A DNA stretch of 60,503 nucleotides, counting the filler, from Basidiobolus ranarum (taxonomy: Eukaryota), in NCBI GenBank assembly GCA_040143965.1. It is 2 parts of 2 records of this genome, joined end to end, with 100 filler letters (N's around TTAATTAATTAA, not from the genome) between each part and the next. Parts side by side here need not be neighbours in the genome. Positions count along the whole stretch, not along the records: positions 30,454 to 60,503 come from JASJQH010000101.1; 1 more part is not named here. One strand, given 5' to 3'. The position numbers and the translations under genes are program-made. Position 1 is the stretch's first letter; every line of letters starts with the position of its first letter. This document shows, piece by piece, positions 46,988-60,503 of this stretch. Below the pieces are notes generated by a model that had not been told where the DNA came from, searched no databases, and worked only from the letters and a program-made list of their open reading frames with translations.

Positions 46988-49416
46988 TCATATAAAATCG
47001 CTGTCACTCTGTACTGCAAAACTAGAACTAGGTATCGAGCCTATGGAGCCCTTGAGTTCAACTTCTTCTTCTTTGTCTATTTCCTCGTGTTCAACATACG
47101 GTAGCCCGTAGTCTAGAATGTCCTTGATATAAAGACACATGTACCTAGAATAGGGGCTAAGTATTGATATATTTAGAAAATACGACGACTATCTGTACGT
47201 ACGCTTTGTTGCTCACTATATCCGAAGGTTGGGCTAGGTTCACCATATGGTCATCAAATCGAAACCACTAGCAAATAAAATTCATGTGAATAGGGATTTC
47301 TTATTATACATCTATGTAGTATATTTACTTCCTCACGGTGCCGAATTGCAACTGTATAATGGCCAGTGTCGAGCTTTCCCTCGTGATTTACAACTGCAAA
47401 TAACTATACTGCAAGCTTGGAAGTTGAACTCTAAGATAGGCACTTAGTAAAATGCACCTAAAAAGAATTGTCAAGTCTAAACATACTCTGGTCGGTTATT
47501 TGTTCGAATCTCTCTGCCTACTGAAGTATAAGGAGTCATATCTAATTCGTAGGGAATCCGGATTAAGCTGTCGATTTTACTCGCACTAGAGGTATGCTCA
47601 AAGCGCTAGAATATAGTGCGGCAAGCTGAGCATCAGCATTGTTATACCATTCGAGCCACTATAGATAACATTACCTTAAGTTGAATACTCAAGATAGGAG
47701 GTAAGGCTTTGAAAGAGAGTTGTTTTGTAGCTTCCTATAACAACAATGTCGATAATACAACGAGATGAGGAAGGTCGAGTAAATATGGCTTACTTGAAAG
47801 GTATTGGAACATTTACTACAACTGTACTCTTTGGGTCCCAACTTTTCAGGGCATGTGTACCGGCTGAGGCAGTCAAGTAAGGAATGTGAGACATCGTCGC
47901 GTCTAGTACTTTTTTTTTTACGAGTAGTAGCCTTCACATCAAGGGATACATCTAACACAGGATCATAGGCTGTAGTAATATTTCCGCATTTCTGACACGT
48001 AACATCAGATTGAAGAACACCGGCAAATGTTTGATGAACAATGCATCGGCAATCCTGGTTCTTGCTCCCTGTATATAGGTTAATACTAATGATGAAGATA
48101 GTAAAGATAGAAGTGAAATATTTGGGGGTAAACTTGCCTTCAGTGCTTGAATGAATTTGATTTAATGCTGATATAAAAAACTCGTGGGCGTCTTGTTGCG
48201 CATATCCAGCCAACTCAGTCGATGAAAGCCACATACAATGTAGGAATGTACAAGGGCCATAAGGTTCTTTCTTGCCAGAATAAAGCTATGCCGTTGAAAA
48301 AACCGGTTAGGGAAAACCACTACAGAGCAAAAGTGTACGAATAGTGCCCACTTCGTTAAATAATTTGTCCATTTCGCAGGAAAGGCAGGGTTTCTTGATA
48401 CATCCCGCCGCATTATGCTTGTCACACAAGTAATAAGCACGTAATAATGGATTATGAACAAACACTTGTATGATGACATTCATAAAGCATGTACTACCAA
48501 GATTACGGAGCCCTCGTAGACCTACGAATATATGAAGCTTCTTGATATCTTTGGCCCTAATGGTCTGATCTTCGCGTATATATACCTTCACATCTTTTCA
48601 TTGTTGCTTGGTTTCTTAGAGCTGTCACTTCGACTTCATTTGGACGCCATTCGACATAGCGAGGTCTTTTAATATGAGGTTCTTGACAGATAGAAGTAAG
48701 TTAGTGTTTTACTCGCATTTTTGCTAATGAAGTTCATCTCAACTACGATTTGGTATAATATAATTGTGTGAGTACCTATATATTTAGACACTAAGGTATA
48801 TGTATGGAGTTTTTCTTCATCATGAACTCGGTCGAACTCGATATCATATATATAGTCATCACAGTTGTTACAGTATACAGTAAACCTATTCAAGTCCATA
48901 GCTGAAGAACATCTAGCAATTGAGTTGTTGGTTTCACACAAAAATAAAACAACTACTTGATATACCAAATATATGATCTTTATCAATCAAATGAACTTGG
49001 AGGTGACTTCGATTCCAACAGCCAAGATATGAACAATGCAAGCAACCATGAACACGCCCAACAGTATAATGACAATCTGAACAGACGGAGAATGGTAACT
49101 GATAAATAACAATGACGATTAAGGTTGAATATTAGTAGAAATGACAACTCCAGAAATCTACTATATGTATATATTATGTATCTGACAGCTAAATTGGAAG
49201 AGTTTTTACCTCAACGGATAACTTTTTTCGCTTCTTTCCAGCCTCGTTAGTCTCCAATTTTGAGATTGTACTATGGTAGCGACACCAATAAGTATATCTC
49301 ACTAATATACGGTAAGCCTCCAAGATCTCATTTTTACACGTCTCTAGATGTGCACAACCTGAGGCAGGTGTATGAAATAAATTGTAACTAGTGACTAAGG
49401 ATTCAAAGCCTGACAT
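46988..49416 (-). CDS. UBP8: SAGA deubiquitinase Ubp8/USP22 (ZnF-UBP plus USP domain); multi-exon
   Basis: N-terminal GCAH and Cys/His zinc-finger exons (VYCNNCDDYIYD). Cys box GLRGLRNLGSTCFMN, AGYAQQDAHEFFI, CRCIVHQTFAGVLQSDVTC. His box LFAVVNHEGKLDTGHY, WFRFDD, YMCLY. Confidence 0.92.
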
Positions 49417-50426
49417 TATCGAGTGTGTTTATGTTTTAGTCGATATTCTTTGGTTAGGATTAACCTTGTGACTACTTTTACTTTGAATCTTTTGCTCTTC
49501 TTGCAGATTGCCACCGCTACGTTAAGTATTTTGTATAATTTTAACTAATGAATGTCGTAGTAGGTTCAATAGAAAACTAATACTTTCATGCAAATCGTTG
49601 GATTTTATAGTTAATCATTTTGAATATTTCGCTACTGTACAGTACCAGAATTCGTGTATACACTCAGCCCACGCTTAAACCAATTAAGTAGATGTAGTAT
49701 GACCGCCCCAGAGCAGATAAGGCGATGTTTCACTGCAACATCCCAATTCTCTCAGAATTTTCAAATATATGGTATATCCAACGAGGTGAGGCTTAATCAT
49801 TCACGGCGTCTTCTGTAACAAGTCACATTTGTCTGAGAATTCGCCTAGTTTTAATTTCAACCAATTGGAATGGCACAATGGTTCGTTATTCCCATTATAT
49901 GTTGTAGTTATTACAGGATTTATCTTCTGTGAATATTAGTATGAGGGACTGCACAGTGGAGGATTCTCCAAGAAAGCCCTACATGATGCATAGAATCCAT
50001 TTCACTAGCCCGGTTTGCAAGATAATGATGTCACTTGAGTGGAGTAATGGTCACATTAGGAGTGGTGTTGTAACCTTCTCGGCTGCTCGATATTTTAAAG
50101 TAGCACCGCTTTAGACAGCTATGTTATGTTGTGCTCTGGCCTCCCATCATTCGTCAGCTACGCATGATGTGGGACCACATGCATGATTCCGATATATATT
50201 TTTTACAATGAGTGAACAATCTCGATTGAATGTCTTTTTAAGGGACATCGATGGGGTATTCTACGCAGAAAAAGTTGATTAATCAGGTTAAGTAAAATAC
50301 CTAACTACAGCCTCGGACACAACTTTCCGGCATTTTATTTTATAAATATATCCACTCTAGACTGGTATTCAGAAACAGTTCTGTGTATTTATTGTCTTCC
50401 AGTGTATTATACTTAGATTTTCAACC

Positions 50427-52165
50427 ATGTATTCGTCTATACCTCATTTACACTTGGTCACGGAAACCGCACGCCATGCAACTGGATTCGATCCCAGTAG
50501 ATCGAAAAAGCAACCTAAAACATATAAAATGTTTTCACCGCTCAATACTCTATTTAGAACTCAAAAAGATAGAGAGGACATTAATGGCGAGTTGGAGAGT
50601 ACAGCTTTTGAGGATACAGGAGGTTAGTAAAGTTTCAAGTATTTTTCTGTCTACTTTACAAGTTTCTTACCCCGATGTTTTGATAAGAACTAAGCGCTTC
50701 GGATTCTCAAGAAGAAAACACTCCTAGTACGAAGATACTTCGTAAACGATCAGAGGGAAATGTTGATTCATATCGTCGTTTCAGACGTTTACTCAGACCT
50801 ATTGGTTTTGGTATTCCAGAAATTGCCATCCTTTCGCCAATGAATTCATACAAAGAATTGTGCCCGGCGGTGCCACCCTCACGAACATCCACCTTGTGTG
50901 AGAGCCTCGATCACTTTACCAAGCCGAAGTATCATATATTTAGTAATCTCAATATTGACTTCCAGCCTTTTAGACTGGTTGCCTTTAAGATAGATGATGA
51001 TAATATATGGTTTAAAATCCCCGATCCTATTGAGCGGAGAAGATTATTATTGCGAATCAATACCGAGGCCGATTTAGACGATGACGAGATAGATTTATTC
51101 TGCAGTGAAAAGGACAAGTTCGAAATTTTTGAGGATATTCAACATGTACTAATTTCAGATGTTACTATACAAAACTCAAAAAATCGAGGTTTGATACATA
51201 TTGAAGTAAAGACATATGTTGAGTTGTGTTACTAACTACTTGAATGTGTGCTCTTCTGTTATCTAGAGATCTTCCAATTAACCTCGCGAAAAGGCCAGTT
51301 TATATTGGAAGCTGGATCGGAACAGGAGAAACGGGAATTTATCAACTTGATTAGATTCGCAATCGAAGCTAAACTTGCTCCACTAGTATCAAATAGGATG
51401 CTTATCTCAGGTATTATTATCTAATTCTGTGTTTTCCATCTGTGTAGACATCTTACTGGTTCAAATAGAGGGGCCATGTCTACTCGAACAGCTGTTTCTG
51501 GTGAAATTCGGAAAACGAGAGGCAGAGACCTCCTTGATTAGAGGGTAGTGTATGAGAATTATCACTTTCCATGATATACATTTCTAATGGCCTCTATTAT
51601 TTAAGCAATTTTGTTCACATGATTGGAGATGTTGCTGGAAAGTGTTTAAACTATGGCCGGAAAATACATATTCTTCAGGTATGGCGGGTGATACGGTATA
51701 TGTTGACTTTGACATCAGACCAATAATCCTTTTCGCCAGGAGTTGATTGGAGAAAAGCAAAGAAACATCGACGATGCTCTTGGAGATTTGCAGAAACTTG
51801 ATATAAGAGAAAAAGTACAGGATCCCTATTGTGCATCATCTATTTGTAATGCATTATCACTAACAAAGTCATCTACTTAGCAACTAGCTGAATCATTACG
51901 TTTGGCTGCACGTTCTCTCGAATTATCACAACAGCTTGATGATGTCGAGGACAATCTGAAGCAATCCGTCGCGCGGGTAGACCGAGCATTGCGTAGAGTC
52001 CACGAAAAAGAAGATGTTATAGCTGGAAATCAAAACATTCTGGGCTCAATAAAAACTACCCTTGATATCACTGAGTTGCCTGAAGATACAAATAATTCTT
52101 GGCTATGGATTCTTGTTGGTGCCATTGTAGCTTTGATTGTAGCACTTATCTGGTCATGCTTTTAG
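50427..52165 (+). CDS. Hypothetical tail-anchored protein: PH-like domain, coiled coil and C-terminal transmembrane helix; multi-exon
   Basis: Exon IFQLTSRKGQFILEAGSEQEKREFINLIRFAI resembles the last strands and helix of a PH domain. The final exon has heptads (LSQQLDDVEDNLKQSVARV) and ends WLWILVGAIVALIVALIWSCF*. Confidence 0.6.
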
Positions 52166-52850
52166 TGCTAAATTTTGTTGATTTTTATTGTTATATTACC
52201 TTTCTTCATCCTTCGTTAACAACTCCCGTTACTAAATTCATGTAGATAATTTGCCTCCATCCTAATAAATATATAACATTTACAATGTCGCAGAGTATAA
52301 GATACCTCTTCTAGGAAAAGCATTAAAATCACACTCTCCGTTATAGTCAGTAACAAGATATATGTAGATGGAATGAGTACAAATTTTTACAGCCAATGTC
52401 TTCAAAAGTGAATAATTTGCGACATCAAATCTACGCCTTCCTTACCAATTTTTTAATTTTCTGTGCTCGAGACCGGTATATCAAGAATATTATCTTGAAT
52501 GTGCTTTCTTGATAATCCTTGCTTACAATGTTAACCAACCATATGCTATGTACTTGAGTAACCTCAAGTAAATTTGTGCTAGTTTGTTCCTTCTTAATGA
52601 TATAGCGACAACTTTGGGAACTATATGACTCGGTCAAATGAACTGATTATTTAACCATACTGCCTTGGTTTACTTCTTATATGCAAACGGAACATACAAG
52701 ATGCTATAAAATCCATCAATACTCTCTATATTTCTATTAGAGATCGACACACCGCCTCCCCTCCTACTTATGCTCTATAAACGATGTCAACCACTTACAT
52801 CTTGAGGGTAATGCGTTTATTTCCGGTTCTTTTTAATGCCAAATCATAAA

Positions 52851-53423
52851 TCATAATCTAGCATAGTTGGTAGCATGAACCAACACACAAGGACCATCGA
52901 AAATAAGATTGAAAGGGAGTTGAGCTCGGTACTCTGGGTCGTAGACTTCATCCGGCTCGCTTCCTGGTTGCAGCCATACACTATGTATTTTGAGCTCTTT
53001 CGCTTGACGAAGAATATCGGAGGTCACCTTAGGAGGTGTAATAACCGAAATACTAGTATTTTCTGGGTCCAACAGCTCATCAAGAGACTTCATGCAAGGA
53101 ATATGCTCAATGAGCTTTTCTCTCTATTAAAAAACAGTGGTAAATGTTAGTTGAAGTAACCTAGAAGACCAACTATATCTACAGTACTTACTGGGTTGAT
53201 GGGAATCACATATTTGTTAGCGGCAACATACCTAAAGAGCCATTTGTAAGTTGAGACCTAATGAATGCAAAATGTTCAACATTTACCATCTCAAAACTTT
53301 GTTCCCAAATTTAGCTTCATCCGAGCTAGCACCCACAACAGCGAAGGCTTGAGCTTTGAAATGTTTGGCTATTGCCTTGGATACCATTTCCGATATTTCT
53401 CCGTGTTCGAGTGAGTTTTCCAT
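52851..53423 (-). CDS. CoA-binding domain protein (YccU-like) with PTS1; 3 exons
   Basis: FAVVGASSDEAKFGNKVLRW, VIPINP, ISVITPPKVT, VWLQPGSE, GPCVLV; ends in ARL*. Start is at 53423 or 53387. Confidence 0.88.
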
Positions 53424-54449
53424 AAACGTTAGCTTATATCTTATGTCTCTGGGACTTCTTGACAAGATCCAGTTGATTATCAGATAGTTATTGCAGAATC
53501 TTCAATAGGGATTGCGATTTATTGATGACGTTCGTACTAATTGATTATCAGCAATTGATCTTTGGCATTTAGTAAGCTGATGACTAATGAACGATAAATG
53601 ACACATGTAGCACTACTGAAGTGAGTCGACCGGACCTCAGCTAAGACTCTTCAACCGTTGGCAAGAATCTATTTTCAGCTCCGCATTCGGCTTCCACATT
53701 ACATTTAGATACAAGGCCGACTGCTAATTCTCAAGATTGTCAGCTTCGATCTAGATATAGTTAGATCTGTCAAATATGGATACCATGCTTGTTGACAACA
53801 CTCGCCGACAAAATCCATCATCATCGTTTCCAAATAGCCACGTATATGTGGCCAAGGTGCACGCTATCTGGTTGTTTTGTTGTGTTTGATCTCAGCCTTG
53901 TATGCACATCTAGATGGTGGGGAGATAGAGGCGGTGTGGGATAACAAATGGATCCCTTCATGTGAAACAAACCCAGCTACATTCTTTGGTATGTGACGAA
54001 CATCGAAATTTTAGAAAAGGGGTAGATGGCAGTATGAAACCTGCAAATCATGCTAGAGTTGAAACTACGTTCTAACTTAACAAGACAAGGAGTCTAGCAT
54101 ATTTCGCTGCTTAATGCCGACATCGATTATACTAAAAAATAAAATATATTTTAGGCTAGGCCAGCGTTAACTGAGTGTATAAATAATACTTTATATTGTT
54201 GTTTATGCATGGATTTTTGATTCAAACATTTATTAATTGAGTAATATTCCCCACATTTTGCTCTCGATTTGTATCCTTCCCCTATCCTTTTTGCTTTTGG
54301 TTTTTCTCCTTACTCGTCAGATACCATTTCCTTGGCCTTCCTACAACCAAGTTGTGACTGGAATCCTCCTATTCGAAGTGTTTGATTCTGAACTTTATTG
54401 TTGCCATTATTACAGGGAAAGAGTTCATCAAGAGCTTTAGCCTGCTAGG

Positions 54450-55172
54450 ATGGGTGATCCCACTGACTCTCCTATCCCAAAACTAATTACCTCTTTTCAC
54501 CCTACCTTAAGCACACGTTCTGTACGCTCTGTGAGTGAACTCCATCCTGAAGGCGAATATGGTCCTGGATCTGTGGAGTATGAGGTTACGGCGGATTTTT
54601 TACGTCTCTCCATGCGCTCAACCGCAAGCAGCCCGGTATTGGCTGAGATACGCGAAGGTTACGAAACAGAGGAGAAAGATCCACAACCCGGTCCTTCAAG
54701 GATTACTTTCCAGGGACCACCAGAATTTCGAAGATCTTTACGACCTATATCAATCAATACAATAAGTTTTGAGGAGAAAACCAGGCCTACTTCTTTTGGT
54801 AGTGTAGAAAATTCTCATGAATTCATAAGCTCTACACCAATACGTATGTCTAAAGCAATGAATATCACACCAACCTCCTTACCAGTAGAGACAGAGAAAA
54901 TAAATACTGAAGAGGGCTTAGCCCCACCAGTAGAAGGTGATACTGCTGAACAGGACAATGCTTGCTTTGGAAACTATCGGATTCCTCGCGGGTCGTTGTT
55001 CTTTCTGTTTGGATTTCTTTTTATCCCAATATGGTGGTATGGTGCGATATTTCCGAGACAACCAAATCATAAAGTAGATCTTCGATGGCGAAGCTACAAC
55101 CGCATGATGTCAGTGGTCTCTATAATCATTATAGCGGTTGGCTTGGGGATGTTGATATGGTTTTTAGTTTAG
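54450..55172 (+). CDS. Hypothetical membrane protein: S/T/P-rich disordered N-terminus and two C-terminal TM helices; intronless
   Basis: 240-aa ATG-initiated ORF with hydrophobic segments LFFLFGFLFIPIWWYGAIF and VVSIIIIAVGLGMLIWFLV. Confidence 0.75.
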   Translation: MGDPTDSPIPKLITSFHPTLSTRSVRSVSELHPEGEYGPGSVEYEVTADFLRLSMRSTASSPVLAEIREGYETEEKDPQPGPSRITFQGPPEFRRSLRPISINTISFEEKTRPTSFGSVENSHEFISSTPIRMSKAMNITPTSLPVETEKINTEEGLAPPVEGDTAEQDNACFGNYRIPRGSLFFLFGFLFIPIWWYGAIFPRQPNHKVDLRWRSYNRMMSVVSIIIIAVGLGMLIWFLV

Positions 55173-58100
55173 CTGAAACGCATCAACAGTTAAAGCGTGT
55201 ATACACAGCCCTTGGTCCAATTTCGCAATAGTACTCACTCAACCTCTGCATTCTCTACATGCACGGTACTCTTTGCTTGTGCCTGTTGTTTCTCAAATTT
55301 GTTGAAAGACACTGGTTTGTTTTTTGATCCGCCCTGACAGAAAGGAATTTTCTGTCCAATTTTTTGATGACTTAACCTTATAGTAATTTATTATCCTGCT
55401 ATTTACGCTTTCTACCTAATCACCTTCATTTATCACCGAACAACTTGGGAGTAATAAAAAGATTATTCATGACGTTTACTGCAACTAGCCGCTCATGAAT
55501 TTCATACATAAGATATTCACTTTTATATTTGCTAGATTCCTTGAGGTAAACATGCAGATATTCAATAAATAACTACTTCAATACTTCTAAGATGATACGG
55601 AGAAAACAATGCTCTTTCAGAAGGTTCTGGCTAAAGAATCAGTTGGATTTTAGCATTATCATACTAATACTTATTTTTACGTTGCTCTTTGGGAAGCAGC
55701 TGATGCAATGGTCATTTTGAAGACTCGAATATCTTCTAGATTTTTGTGTTAGTGAAGTAAGACCTACAGTAAGCCAAGATATTAAGGTTTAAAACTCCCA
55801 TAAGAAATGGATCGAAAATGTAATAATGAAATTAGAGGAGTATATGTAAAGACCCATTCAATATTGCTCTCTGAATTCTCTAGCTAGATTCAAGCACATC
55901 AATGTAAAACTATCACCTTTACCACCCTTAATCCAAAATTTAGCATCAAACCATCACTTACCACTCCACCAGATATGTGCATGTATGTTGAAATTAGCAT
56001 AGCCTAAACATCTATATAGTCATATATAGCTTAGTATTTAGTTATTCCATATTGAACTAAGATATCACCTTTATTATTCTCAAGAGGAATTTACTTAGAA
56101 GTTCTCAGATATATAGATTTTTCAAAGAAGCCCCAAACTTTGCACACATGTTCCTGGGACCTTTCTTAGCACATTCTACACGTTTGTTTGATTACCTCTT
56201 GACAAAACTATAAATGTTGACTTTCTACTCAATAAATCAATAAGTGAAAACCACCAACTCTTCTAGTTCCAAAATACTTCAACAGTAACTTTGATGTGCC
56301 TTATAACTCCCATAGAAACTTACTTGGAGCAAACCAGCCACATAGAACTACTAATAAATATCACTATCAATTTGTTGTGATACAAATATACAGTGACAGC
56401 ATTTTATGGCCAAAGTGCAGACTTTAAAAGGTTTCAAGTTAGAGAAGGTCTTGGAATTTGGTAAAGTTACTGATAATAGAAACAGGGTGATACCTTCTGA
56501 CATTAACTATTAATTCTTCATGCTCACATAGGGCAGCTTTCCCCGGGCAACAACATCGCCTAGATGCAAGTTCCCAGCTCCATATTGATTATGATACTGA
56601 GTATTTGTAATCATCATGCACATTCAACAGCTTCCATAATTGATTTCAACTATGAGGCCCCAAGTTCAAAACCAAAGTGACCCTGTTTTCATTCTGCTAG
56701 CTAAACCGTTGATGCTTGAGTTGTGTCGTATACAGTGTAAATAAAAGGCATCACCACACGGTGATTTTTGTGGGTACCATGAACGTAACCTTGAACTTGA
56801 TAAGCGAGGTATATAGTTGCTAACGTATATCCCTAAGATCAAATCCGTTCATTGGCCCTCCTCTCAAGGCTGCATAATACACCGAAATGAAAGCCAAAAA
56901 CATTAGCACTTAACCTCCGTTTAGTAAGGCTTGATTAATGAATATAGCTTCTAAGAATGCGAAATCGAACTTGGAATCATCTTTTTTGAAATAGGAACAC
57001 ATCTCGCATGCGTGGGAGTTCATAACATAGCCTACGATTAAATAACCATGGGTTTAAGCTTAGCCTTAACCAATAAGAGGACATATTCCTGACTTCAAAT
57101 ACAGCCTGGGTTTATCCCATCAAGTATTAAAAACCTAAATGGTAATCCAGGTCATCAATCACAGATGAATTCGCAGTGAAACATTCTCATCCAAATATGG
57201 TAATCCAAGTGAGACATAGCAGGTATCCGGAATATGATACTGGTGTTTCTAGATCTGAGACATCAGTCTAAAACCATCCATGAGGTTTCTCATTGATGCA
57301 ATCACATGGAATGACCTCAGTTATACAAGCCATAAAAAGCAATGAACGGAGTTACTATAATTCGCTAAATGTAGATAAGAAATAATCTCGACTTCTGTAA
57401 TATTGCTTTTATTCGATCAATCAGCGCTTTGACACATCCTTATTTGAATACTGGACCGGGTGAATTTCGTTGGGGTGTAACTTTATTCCCATAGTTAAAC
57501 TTACTTAATGAGTCATAGAACAAGCACCAAGCCGTTGTCTAACGAAGCTACCATAGAGATTGGACGTAGATTTTTCGGAGTTTTCCAGATATGGCTAACG
57601 TACGTCCAATCGTGCTCTTGGATAGCTTTAGGTCGATCTCGGCCTGAATATATTGAACCTGATAAAATCCCAAAAAGTGAAACCTACCTGTACTCTCGCG
57701 GAACATCTTATTTGAAGCAATGTATACAATTGGAATTCATGTCAACAGTGATCCATCAGGTTGATTAATTTGCATTGTCTGTGCTATCATAGTCGCTCGT
57801 ACATAGGTTAAGCCTAATGATTGCTTTACATATAAACAATGGCGTGGAGATAGTTGGCTCCGTTACTACACTTATGCCATAGACATCCAGCGCAATGCCA
57901 GACATACCACTAGCCTGTCTCCTCGGCGAATAGAGAACCAGAGAATTGCTATACTCTGGATCCTGTTCTGATTTAGACTCAACATTGTTTTTACTCGTTA
58001 CGCAGCGATGTATAACCTGTTTTCAGTGTCTGGTCGATTAAATTTGTACCAGGCTGTGGTCAACTCTTTCATGACATCTCAAGCCCTGGAGGTAGGCCAA

Positions 58101-60503
58101 AAGTAATTAGTCTTAAGAAGCATAAGCACTCGCCCTGGTACACAATTTTGCTAAACCGGTTAGAAAAACCTACCATCCGAAGATAACAGAACTCATGATA
58201 TGGAAGACTTGGATCCAGATTGGGCTACATTATTGGATATTACCCCATTCCTTGATCCAATTACTTATCGTTGCACATATCTTGTTATTCTGAGGGTCAC
58301 CTGGCCAAACCCCGGTCCTGTTGTTGTATAGAAGTTCGTGGGGTATTTATTCATACTTTCTCGAATGCTGTAGCCCTATCACCAGAATAGAATTACGTCA
58401 CACAGCGTTGTATTTAAGTCTAAATTTAAATCTAGCCAATTTTCAAAGGTCACAGGAATCTTTCAAGAACATTGAGCAGAGTTTCCACATGTAATTGGGC
58501 TGTCTGCAGTTGCCACGATTGAGCCTTCAATGTGAGATATGGAATTAAAGGGAGCAAGGGCAGTTGACGCCAAGACGGCCAGGTAGCCTGCGTTATCCTC
58601 TCAAAGATTCGTTGCTATCCATATAAGAGACTAATGCTGGGCTCAATTTAGCTAACAATGAAAGTGGAGACATTAGTACATATTTATGCCTCCCTCGCCA
58701 ATTCCCATAGTCCTGTTTCCTGCCTTCAAGTGTTTTTTGATAGAATAAAACAATCGATTTCCCATGCTTATCCAGTCTACTCCAGAAATCCACTTCTTAA
58801 TTTGGATGGATATATTATTTTGACATCCGGCTGACCAGTAATGTGACTCAAAGTCAATCACTGGATTATACATGATTTTCCATTCAGACGATTGGCGCAG
58901 ATAGAAGCGGAAGGTAAGCGACGATGTTCAAATTGCTTTCCAGAGCTACCTCTTAGTCGCTGCTCTTTGATTACTAGTGCGAGATATCCTGCGACGTTTC
59001 AATCCACAAAGCGGAAAGTGAGATTCTTTCGGAAGATTGTCCATTAGTAATCACCCCCTGGCTGCCTCTAAACCTATGGAGTAATACCCAAAAAGGGCTG
59101 GTGAATGTGTTTGTCCATATCTGTGTAAGGCCAAGAGGCCGATGATTGAAAACACCGAAAACTGAATGATTTCATCGAATATCGCAATACCCATAATTAG
59201 CTGCTCGCTAGTAATTGCGAATCACATACCCTTGGCGCATAACACAACAGCCTGTTCAAATGCGTTAATGTTTATCTTACTACGGCCGTCACTAGCATTT
59301 CCTTGTCGCACCTCTCCAAAGCAGTGAGCGATATAGGTGATGAGTTTTTGTAGCCCTTAGCATGTCAGGAGTAGCTTCCAAGATCTGTAGAATCCAGCCT
59401 TGCCACTGATCTCCTTTCGAAACTAGTGTTTTGATGGACCAAGTTGTGCTAGCGGTGTTATTAGACTGAAGCTGTGAGTACAAACAGGTGTGGTACTGGA
59501 GATCCACCAATTAGCAGTAGGTCACAAGGTAGGATCTCGATGGACATATGGATATTGATTACAATGTGGGTTGGCCTATTGCACTGCTTCAGAACCAAGA
59601 TTTTGTGATGAGAGCACTAGGAATAGGGTCCGATATGCTCTATGGCCTCTAGGTGTCTACTATGCTTTCTAGCAAAATCAAAAATAGTATTGCCAATTCT
59701 AAATTTAATCAGATGCCCAATGTTCATTAAGGAGTTGCCAACCAATAATTTAATTGGCTTTCCCATGAATTTTTCTCCGTATTCTTGATGTTTGACAAAG
59801 GCTCCAAATATATTGAGCATTTAAATGGTTCTATATTGTATCAGTTAAAATAAATTATTCCTTTTACCTTGTAACTTTTGTGGATTCGAACAAATGGATC
59901 CGGTCCAGTGAGTTTTATCAAAATAGGTCTTTTTTTTCGACATATAATTAACTAGACTTCACTTTGTTTTCGAGATTCAGTAAATAGTTTGAGCACGGGA
60001 GTGGGGATATAACTCCCTCGGTCCATTCTCTCCATATATATTTCGCATAGCTGCCATAGTTACTACTTTTCAAATTCTGCTCATTCTGAAGTTAATTTCA
60101 TTGCTTTTGTTTAACTTCTCTAAATATTAAATTCACTCTTGCTTTTCTCTTTCCTACTACGAGTGACCACAACGCTGGCACTTTTCCCAATACTAGTGTA
60201 TTCACTCACCCTACTATTTTCCTACTTGTCATTCGTTGAGCATATATCTCTATTTACTTAATTGTGTGATACCTATTCAACTTCTGAAGTTTGTATTTCA
60301 TATACCTACAGAATCATGATGCTTAACTCAAGTAAGTGCTAATTTGGTTGCGTGCTATTCTCTTTAGTAGAGCTTCACATTTAAATACTAACATATGACG
60401 GTGAATATTCAGTAACTATTGCTTACAAATAAAGCAGTGATATATGTATAATATATGATCTTTGGTAGAATATATCGTATTGTAAAACATCATGGCTGCT
60501 CAA

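Overview
This is a gene-dense, AT-rich eukaryotic window with many short (about 55-80 nt) GT-AG introns. Gene content (CHO2, a HOY1/Phx1-type homeobox and EAF7, together with metazoan-type 4E-BP, QDPR and UNC-80) points to an early-diverging fungus, possibly Basidiobolus-like; this is inference only. About 23 protein-coding genes could be reconstructed by eye, several of them missing or fragmented in the ORF track because of introns. There is one 100-nt scaffold gap with an artificial TTAATTAATTAA linker. Main highlights: (1) A compact 21.0-24.8 kb island. An intronless, secreted, bacterial-type CHAP peptidoglycan hydrolase sits between two tandem stand-alone C2-domain paralogs, next to an intronless secreted HEXXH-type M49 dipeptidyl peptidase III. 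This is a candidate horizontally acquired bacteriolytic or peptide-scavenging module. (2) GTP cyclohydrolase I and dihydropteridine reductase lie side by side, a possible tetrahydrobiopterin gene pair. (3) A fungal UNC-80 homolog (NALCN channel accessory subunit). (4) A complete animal-like 4E-BP with RAIP-like, YxxxxLL, IPGVT and TOS motifs. No tRNA, rRNA, CRISPR array or intact transposon was recognised. All calls come from manual translation and motif recognition; no database searches were run.
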